Virus record (IMG/VR): IMGVR_UViG_2657245664_000011
DNA from: a virus
Taxonomy: Duplodnaviria > Heunggongvirae > Uroviricota > Caudoviricetes
DNA: 14,741 bases
Direction: 5' to 3' (one strand)
Positions 7,957 through 14,741 of this stretch are shown here, piece by piece. The position numbers and the translations under genes are program-made. The notes under the pieces were generated by a model that saw nothing but the letters and a program-made list of their open reading frames with translations, searched no databases and was not told where the DNA came from. Position 1 is the first letter of the stretch. Every line of letters starts with the position of its first letter.

Positions 7957-8764
7957 CCATACCGGAAGCCACTTTGCGCAGCTCCTGGAATTTCGGTATC
8001 CAGAAATATTCATCCAGATACAGGTTGCCGTGGTAACTCTGGGCCGTGCGGGCATTGGTGCCGAGGAAGTACAGCGTGGCCCCGTTAGGAAGCACCATCG
8101 GATCGCCTTTCAGCTCCACCTCCACTTCTTTGGCGAAGTCGATGATGTACTGCTTAAAGACGTGGGCCTGAGCCTTGCTGGCGGAAAGGAAAATCTGGTT
8201 ACGCCCGGTTAGCAGGGCGTCAATCAGGGCTTCACGGGCAAAATAGAAGGTCGCGCCGATCTGGCGTGACTTCAGCAGGTTGCGGATGCGGTTGGTTTTT
8301 CCGGCTTCCCACCAGTGGCGCTGGTAGTTGAACATGGAGGAATGGAAGATTTCTTCCAGCTTCTCAATCTGTTCATCGGTGAAAACGTTCTTTTCCGGCT
8401 GACGGCGCGGGCCTTTGTTGCGGTTGGCGACGTTAGGGTTTAAGTCGGCTTCGTTGCCGCCATTGTTAAACTTGCCGATCCGCGCATGGCGCTCCGACTG
8501 GCGCGCCAGCAGGTCAATCTCTTTGAAATCTTTCCCTTCTTTGTGCTCCTTCATAATGAGCTGGCAGTAGCGTGCGGCGGTGGTGAGCTGCATCTGATCC
8601 AGCGGCCCATAGTCACCCCACTTGTCGCGTTTTTTCCAGCTGTGAACGGTTGCAACTTTCTCGCCCAGCATTTCAGCAATGCGGGCTACGCGGTATCCCT
8701 GAAAGTACAGCAGCATGGCCTGCCGACGGGGATCGAGATCTGCGGGTGTCAGTGTGGTGTTCAT
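7892..8764 (-). pseudogene. P: Terminase ATPase (large subunit) gpP, N-terminal fragment only
   Basis: 290-aa ORF with P2 gpP-like N-terminus and Walker-type motifs ([24 protein letters not shown]). A full gpP is about 590 aa, and the nuclease half is absent. Its orientation is opposite to gene A, as in P2. Confidence 0.8.
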
Positions 8765-8813
8765 GGCACAAACCTACAGCCTTGAATGAAGGCTTTCCCC
8801 GCCTGCGGTTTGT

Positions 8814-9998
8814 GTGGTTGCGGGTTTACTTACTGCACCGTTGTCATCTTTGCGCCGCACGGCATCACTGACGGGAAATGTCATGAAAACTGTAGCAGGT
8901 GCGCCGGTTGCACTTTTGCGGTCTGGATTATCCGGTTTACGTGCTGTTGCTGTGATGTTTATGAATCCTCTGGCGGTACTGCGCGGTGGACTGGTCGCCG
9001 CAGGCACGGTGCTGCGAGTACTGGCATCTGGTCCACTGGCGATGCTGCGCGTTGCCCTGTATGCCGTATCTGGTCTGTTAGGTGCTCTGCTCAGTCCGAT
9101 AGGTCTTGTGGTTACTGCACTGGCGGGCGTGGCGCTGGTTGTCTGGAAATACTGGCAACCCATCACCGCATTTCTTGGTGGCGTGGTGGAAGGATTCAAA
9201 GCGGCGGCAGGTCCCGTCAGTGCAGCATTCGAACCACTTAAGCCTGTGTTTCAGTGGATTGGCGACAAAGTGCAGGCGCTCTGGGGCTGGTTTACTGATC
9301 TGCTGACGCCCGTTAAGTCGACCTCTGCCGAACTGCAGAGCGCAGCGGCAATGGGGCGACGATTCGGGGAGGCACTGGCGGAAGGGCTGAATATGGTTAT
9401 GCATCCGCTGGACTCCCTGAAATCTGGCGTTTCCTGGTTGCTGGATAAACTCGGCATTGTCAGTAAAGAGGCTGCAAAGGCGAAACTGCCGGAAAGCGTG
9501 ACGCGTCAGCAACCTGCGACGGTGAATGCAGACGGTAAAGTGATGATGCCATCGGGTGGTTTTCCGTCATGGGGATATGGCTTTGCGGGGATGTATGACA
9601 GCGGCGGCTATATCCCGCGTGGGCAGTTTGGCATCGTCGGTGAAAACGGGCCGGAAATTGTTAACGGCCCGGCAAATGTGACCAGCCGGAGAAATACAGC
9701 TGCACTGGCTGCCGTTGTTGCCGGAATGATGGGCGTTGCTGCCGCGCCAGCAGAGCTTCCACCGTTGCACCCTTTGGCACTTCCCGCGAAAGGTGGAGAA
9801 GCAATTGTGAGTCGCGCAGCCACTGTGCCGCTCGTTCAACGGATTGAGGCACCGACGCAGATCATCATTCAGACGCAGCCAGGACAAAGTGCGCAGGATA
9901 TTGCGCGGGAGGTGGCACGCCAGCTTGATGAACGTGAACGCAGGCTGAAGGCAAAAGCCAGGAGTAACTACAGCGATCAGGGGGGATACGACGCATGA
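8814..9998 (+). pseudogene. T: Tail tape measure protein gpT, C-terminal fragment
   Basis: 394-aa G/A/L-rich ORF whose stop overlaps the gpU start (ATGA). The frame opens only at 8790, a few bases from the terminase fragment start, and the first possible start is a GTG. P2 gpT is about 815 aa. Confidence 0.7.
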
Positions 9999-10480
9999 TG
10001 ATGGTGCTGGGATTGTACGTGTTTATGCTGCGCACCGTTCCGTATCAGGAACTGCAGTATCAACGCAGCTGGCGACATGCGGCAAACAGCCGGGTAAACC
10101 GTCGTCCGTCCACGCAGTTTCTGGGACCGGAAAACGACATGCTGACGCTTTCCGGTGTTCTTATGCCGGAGATAACAGGCGGCAGGCTGTCGTTGCTGGC
10201 ACTGGAGCAGATGGCAGAACAGGGGAAAGCATGGCCCCTGATTGAAGGCAGCGGCACGATTTACGGCATGTATGTGATTGAGGGACTGAATCAGACTAAA
10301 ACGGAGTTTTTCCGCGACGGTATGCCGCGCAGGATTGAGTTCACCCTTTCGCTAAAACGGGTGGATGAATCCCTGTCCGATATGTTCGGTGATCTCAGTA
10401 CTCAACTGAATAATCTGCAGGACACGGCAACGTCTGCCTTAAGCGATATCAGTAAAACGGTGGGAGGGCTGCTGTCGTGA
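9995..10480 (+). CDS. U: Tail protein gpU
   Basis: 161-aa ORF in the T-U-D order, coupled to T upstream and D downstream. Its size matches P2 gpU. Confidence 0.85.
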   Translation: MMMVLGLYVFMLRTVPYQELQYQRSWRHAANSRVNRRPSTQFLGPENDMLTLSGVLMPEITGGRLSLLALEQMAEQGKAWPLIEGSGTIYGMYVIEGLNQTKTEFFRDGMPRRIEFTLSLKRVDESLSDMFGDLSTQLNNLQDTATSALSDISKTVGGLLS

Positions 10481-11577
10481 ATTTCAGCTCTGAACTGCTT
10501 AACAAAGGAAACAAAACTCCCGCATTCAGCATCAGTATTGAGGGGAAGGATATCACCACTGTGCTGGATAACCGCCTGATGAGTCTGACGCTGACGGACA
10601 ATCGGGGCTTTGAAGCGGACCAACTTGATCTGGAGCTGGACGACGCCGACGGAAAAATCGTGCTGCCGCGCCGTGGTGCGGTCATTACGCTGGCGCTGGG
10701 CTGGAAGGGGCAGCCGCTTTTCCCGAAAGGGGCATTCACGGTGGACGAGATTGAACACACTGGCGCACCGGACCGCCTGACTATCCGGGCGCGAAGTGCT
10801 GATTTTCGGGAAACGCTGAATACCCGCCGTGAAAAATCGTGGCATAACACCACCATCGGGGAAGTGGTGAAGGAAATAGCCGCGCGGCACAAGCTGAAGA
10901 TGGCACTGGGTAAAGACCTGTCGGATAAGCCCGTGGAGCATATAGACCAGACTAATGAGAGTGACGGCAGTTTTTTGATGCGGCTGGCGCGCCAGTACGG
11001 TGCCATTGCATCGGTGAAAAATGGCAATCTGTTATTCATCCGGCAGGGACAGGGCAAAAGCGCCAGCGGTAAACCACTGCCGGTGATTACTATCACACGT
11101 AAGGACGGCGACAGTCACCGCTTTACCCTGGCAGATCGCGGAGCTTACACGGGGGTAATTGCCAGCTGGTTGCATACCCGCGAACCCGCGAAGAAAGAAA
11201 GCACTACGGTGAAGCGTAAGCGCAGGACTAAGAAGCAGAAGAAAGAGCCGGAAGCGAAGCAGGGCGATTACCTGGTGGGGACGGATGAAAACGTGCTGGT
11301 ACTTAATCGCACTTATGCCAACCGGAGCAACGCTGAACGGGCAGCGAAAATGCAGTGGGAACGCCTGCAACGCGGCGTTGCGTCATTCTCGCTACAACTG
11401 GCGGAAGGGCGGGCAGATCTCTACACGGAAATGCCAGTGAAAGTCAGTGGCTTTAAACAGCCGATAGATGATGCGGAATGGAGCATTACGACTCTGACGC
11501 ATACCGTCAGCCCGGATAACGGTTTTACGACCAGTCTGGAGCTTGAAGTGAGGATTGATGATTTCGAAATGGAATGA
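10477..11577 (+). CDS. D: Tail protein gpD
   Basis: 366-aa ORF with a GTG start overlapping the U stop. It occupies the P2 D position immediately before ogr. Confidence 0.85.
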   Translation: MNFSSELLNKGNKTPAFSISIEGKDITTVLDNRLMSLTLTDNRGFEADQLDLELDDADGKIVLPRRGAVITLALGWKGQPLFPKGAFTVDEIEHTGAPDRLTIRARSADFRETLNTRREKSWHNTTIGEVVKEIAARHKLKMALGKDLSDKPVEHIDQTNESDGSFLMRLARQYGAIASVKNGNLLFIRQGQGKSASGKPLPVITITRKDGDSHRFTLADRGAYTGVIASWLHTREPAKKESTTVKRKRRTKKQKKEPEAKQGDYLVGTDENVLVLNRTYANRSNAERAAKMQWERLQRGVASFSLQLAEGRADLYTEMPVKVSGFKQPIDDAEWSITTLTHTVSPDNGFTTSLELEVRIDDFEME

Positions 11578-11667
11578 TTCTTCGCAATGGAGAACTTTTA
11601 AGTTTGCAAAATGGAATAATGCGGTATCATTATTGTGAATTTAGCAAAAATGGGGAGAACTCGAAAA

Positions 11668-11886
11668 ATGATGATTTGCCCACTGTGTGGAAGTGCCGCC
11701 CATACTCGCAGCAGTTTTCAGGTATCTTCATTGACCAAAGAGCGTTACAACCAGTGCCAGAACATTAACTGCAGCCATACTTTTGTTACCCATGAAACTT
11801 TTGTTCGTTCGATTGCAACGCCAAAAGAGTCAAATCCGGTTCAGCCGCATCCAATGAAATCAGGACAGGTGGCGCTCTCTCTTTGA
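11668..11886 (+). CDS. ogr: Ogr/Delta-family zinc-finger late transcription activator
   Basis: 72-aa product MMICPLCGSAAHTRSS...QCQNINCSHTF with the CxxC-(22)-CxxxxC arrangement of P2 Ogr and 186 B. A GGGGAG ribosome-binding site lies upstream. Confidence 0.85.
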   Translation: MMICPLCGSAAHTRSSFQVSSLTKERYNQCQNINCSHTFVTHETFVRSIATPKESNPVQPHPMKSGQVALSL

Positions 11887-11972
11887 CGCTGCCGCCATTT
11901 TGTCGCCATCGTTAAAAAACAGTGCTTCTAACATCATGATTTTAAACAGCATAAATTTCAGGCAACAAAAAA

Positions 11973-12009
11973 CCCATCAACCTTGAACCGAAATGGCGGG
12001 GTTGATGGG
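11973..12009. other. Inverted repeat CCCATCAACC / GGTTGATGGG (10-bp stem, 17-nt loop) in the ogr-ybjL intergenic region; possible terminator or part of attR
   Basis: Read directly from the sequence. It lies between convergent ogr (+) and ybjL (-) at the expected prophage-chromosome boundary. Confidence 0.3.
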
Positions 12010-12121
12010 CTCCACAAAATGGGGACATCAAAGAAAAGCAGTGGCACTAATTAAGACTGATGCCCTGCGGAAAAGTTCTGCGGTTGTGCAAAAAAATTTC
12101 ATTTTCAGGGCAACTTCAGTT

Positions 12122-13807
12122 TTATCCTAATCCTGGCCATACCATGACGATGATTGTCCCTGCCAGCGTCAGCAGGACGTTGGCGATTGCATAGGTGCCC
12201 GCATAGCCCAGCGCCGGGATGTTACTGCGAGCTGTATCACTGATGATCTCCATTGCCGGCGCGCAGGTACGTGCGCCCATCATTGCGCCGAACAACAGCG
12301 CGCGGTTCATTCGCAATACATAAGCACCGAACAAGAAACAGATAACCACGGGCACCAGACTGACAATCAATCCGGCAATCAACATCTGACCGCCAATCGC
12401 GCCCAGGCCGTTATTAATACCGCTACCGGCGCTCAGACCAACGCCTGCCATAAACACCATCAAGCCGAACTCTTTCACCATGCTTAATGCACCCTGCGGA
12501 ATGTAACCGAAGGTCGGGTGGTTAGCACGCATAAAGCCCAGCATAATTCCGGCGAATAACAACCCGGCAGCGTTCCCCATGCCGAAACTGAATGTGCTGA
12601 ACTGGAAGGTGATCATCCCGATCATCAGCCCAATAACAAAGAAGGCGCAGAATGCCAGCAGGTCAGTGACCTGGCTGTGAATCGAGATAAAGCCGATGCG
12701 ATCGGCGATGGTTTTTACGCGGCGGGCATCGCCGCTGACTTGTAAAACGTCACCTTTGTTAAGCACGACGTTGTCATCTATCGGCATCTCAATCTGGCTA
12801 CGAATGACGCGGTTAAGGAAGCAACCGTGATCGGTCAACTTCAGTTGTGCGAGACGTTTACCTACAGCGTTATGGTTTTTAACGACCACTTCTTCAGTGA
12901 CGATACGCATGTCGAGAAGGTCACGATCGAAAACTTCTTTACCGTTACGGAAGCTGGGATCGAGTCGGGCATGGGCGTCGGGATAGCCTACCAACGCTAT
13001 TTCATCGCCCATTTGTAGCACGGCATCACCGTCTGGATTTGCCAGAATCCCGTTACGTCGAATACGTTCAATGTAGCAGCCGGTTTGTCGATAAATACCC
13101 AGTTCACGCAGATTTTTGCCGTCGGTCCAGGCCACCAGTTCCGGGCCGACGCGATAGGCGCGGATCACCGGTAAATAAACCTTACGGTTGGCATCAGTGT
13201 CCAGGCCACGTTCGCGGGCGATTTGCTGGGCGCTGGTCTGTAAGTCCTGATGCTGCAATTTCGGCAAGTAACGCGCACCAACAATCAAACTCACCAGACC
13301 GATTAAATAGGTTAAGGCATACCCGAGGCTCAGATTATCCAGTGCCAGTGAGAGCTGCCTGCTTTCCATGCCGGAATGACGCAGTGTATCGCCAGCACCG
13401 ACCAGAACCGGTGTCGACGTCATAGAGCCTGCTAACATACCGGCCGTCAGGCCAATATCCCAGCCAAACAGCTTACCTAACCCTAAGGCGATCACCAGCG
13501 CACTGCCAACCATCACCAGTGCTAACATTAGGTAATTTTTCCCATCGCGAAAAAAAATGGAAAAAAAGTTCGGTCCGGCTTCGACCCCGACGCAGAAAAT
13601 AAACAGCATAAAGCCAAGATTAAGCGCATCGGTGTTAATGCTGAAATGTTGTTGGCCTAATAACAGCGATACGACTAAAACGCCAATGGAATTACCCAGT
13701 TGGATCGAACCAAGTCGTAACTTTCCGAGACATAGCCCAAGCGCGAGGACCACAAATAATAACAGAATGTAATTCCCATTTAACAATTCGGCGACGTTTA
13801 TATTCAC
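12122..13807 (-). CDS. ybjL: Putative transport protein YbjL (AAE-family permease with TrkA-C-like domains)
   Basis: 561-aa polytopic membrane protein whose sequence matches E. coli YbjL as I recall it. Neighbour order ybjL-ybjM-grxA matches the E. coli chromosome. Confidence 0.9.
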
Positions 13808-14076
13808 GGAGGCTAACTTCTTGTTTACTAGTAAGCTGTTGAAAGAAATGGTAATTTACGATAATGTTTTTTACCAGAATTCAGGGCGCAGATTCATTCA
13901 GCGCACCTAAACGATAGTAAAGTAACAATATATTTTACTAGTGTAATCACATTAGGTATCAACGGCTATATGAATTGCGTTGGCCTATATTAGCATGGAA
14001 TGCGAAGCGGCTTTATCTTACTGAACGCCACACTGGCGAAAAATGTGTTCGATAGACGCAGTGTCAGGAGGAACGA

Positions 14077-14454
14077 GTGAAACATAAACAACGTTGGGCG
14101 GGGGCAATCTGCTGTTTTGTCCTCTTCATTGTGGTGTGCCTTTTTCTGGCGACGCACATGAAAGGCGCTTTTCGGGCTGCCGGGCATCCTGAAATCGGCT
14201 TGCTATTTTTCATTCTTCCTGGAGCAGTCGCCAGCTTCTTTTCACAGCGTAGAGAAGTCCTGAAACCTCTGTTTGGCGCAATGCTGGCGGCACCCTGTTC
14301 GATGCTCATTATGCGGCTGTTTTTTTCACCGACGCGCTCATTCTGGCAAGAGCTGGCATGGTTACTAAGCGCGGTGTTCTGGTGTGCGCTGGGGGCACTG
14401 TGTTTCTTATTTATCAGTAGTTTGTTTAAACCACAGCACAGAAAAAATCAGTAA
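14077..14454 (+). CDS. ybjM: Inner membrane protein YbjM
   Basis: 125-aa hydrophobic ORF with a GTG start and an AGGAGG ribosome-binding site 5 nt upstream. Conserved position between ybjL and grxA. Confidence 0.8.
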   Translation: MKHKQRWAGAICCFVLFIVVCLFLATHMKGAFRAAGHPEIGLLFFILPGAVASFFSQRREVLKPLFGAMLAAPCSMLIMRLFFSPTRSFWQELAWLLSAVFWCALGALCFLFISSLFKPQHRKNQ

Positions 14455-14474
14455 AGCCCTCAACGCGAGGGCTT
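14454..14474. terminator. Bidirectional intrinsic terminator hairpin between convergent ybjM and grxA
   Basis: AAGCCCTC-AACGC-GAGGGCTT (8-bp GC-rich stem, 5-nt loop) with A/T runs on both sides. Confidence 0.5.
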
Positions 14475-14483
14475 GTCAGACGA

Positions 14484-14741
14484 TCAGGCGTCCAGATTTT
14501 CTTTCACCCATGCAGCAAAATCGGTATAGCCGCCGATATGTTGCTGATCGACAAAAATCTGCGGCACGGTTTCTACGGGTTTACCTGCCTTTTGTTGTAG
14601 ATCTTCTTTAGTGATCCCTTCCGCACGAATATCTACATACTGATACTGAAAATCATCGCGTTCATTGCTCAATTTCTCAGCCAGATCTTTTGCACGCACA
14701 CAGTAAGGGCAACCCGAACGACCAAAAATAACGGTTTGCAT
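14484..14741 (-). CDS. grxA: Glutaredoxin 1
   Basis: 85-aa ORF MQTVIFGRSGCPYCVRAKDLAEKLS... with the CPYC active site, matching E. coli GrxA. It starts exactly at the window end. Confidence 0.95.
   Translation of the reverse strand: MQTVIFGRSGCPYCVRAKDLAEKLSNERDDFQYQYVDIRAEGITKEDLQQKAGKPVETVPQIFVDQQHIGGYTDFAAWVKENLDA

Larger units (their letters stand above)
1..12010. mobile_element. Defective P2/186-family prophage; the left end (attL) lies beyond the window start and the right end lies somewhere between ogr and ybjL
   Basis: Gene order int, cI, apl, cII, early genes, dam, A, then fragments of P and T, then U, D, ogr is the P2/186 layout with large internal gaps. Chromosomal ybjL-ybjM-grxA follow to the right. 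The right boundary is approximate. Confidence 0.85.

Noticed and set aside
643-11768. Numerous 60-215-aa ORFs in the six-frame track on the strand opposite to, or out of frame within, the annotated genes (for example 643-843, 1637-1837, 3600-3938, 5171-5521, 6993-7325, 8774-9199, 9078-9512, 10449-11096, 11574-11768)
   Set aside because: They lie entirely inside longer ORFs with recognisable products, lack ribosome-binding sites, and have skewed composition (Phe-rich opposite the AT-rich cargo gene, Arg/Ser/Pro-rich opposite the GC-rich tail genes). They are treated as shadow ORFs.
1054-14474. The hairpins at 1054-1080 and 14454-14474 share the same stem arms (AAAGCCCTC ... GAGGGCT), which could suggest att-site direct repeats
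   Set aside because: The second copy lies between ybjM and grxA, well outside the prophage and past two intact chromosomal genes. The shared bases are just a GC-rich terminator stem, so coincidence is far more likely.
12827-14611. Short ORFs inside or antisense to ybjL, ybjM and grxA (12827-13018, 13039-13425, 13557-13772, 13990-14187, 14064-14309, 14384-14611)
   Set aside because: They overlap well-supported chromosomal genes and have no independent translation signals.
1-14741. CRISPR arrays, tRNA/rRNA genes, or IS elements at the deletion junctions
   Set aside because: No regularly spaced direct repeats, no tRNA-like cloverleaf regions and no transposase-like ORFs or terminal inverted repeats were seen.

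Overview
This window is the right-hand portion of a defective P2/186-family prophage inserted downstream of ybjL, followed by the chromosomal genes ybjL, ybjM and grxA. The prophage keeps an intact 186-like lysogeny and early region: integrase, CI-like repressor, Apl/Cox, CII, small early genes, a TraR-like zinc-finger protein and a Dam-family methyltransferase. The replication gene A is truncated and abuts an inverted N-terminal fragment of terminase P, which in turn abuts a C-terminal fragment of the tape measure T, followed by intact U, D and ogr. The portal, capsid, lysis and most tail genes are therefore absent, as are the usual P2 tin/old and Z/fun cargo loci. The most interesting feature is a 558-aa AT-rich cargo gene (1136-2812, minus strand) wedged between cI and int. 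It encodes an N-terminal membrane anchor, long coiled coils and a C-terminal T5orf172/GIY-YIG-like domain, and is my candidate for an undescribed lysogen-expressed anti-phage or exclusion protein. All calls rest on reading the ORF translations and sequence motifs; no database searches were run.
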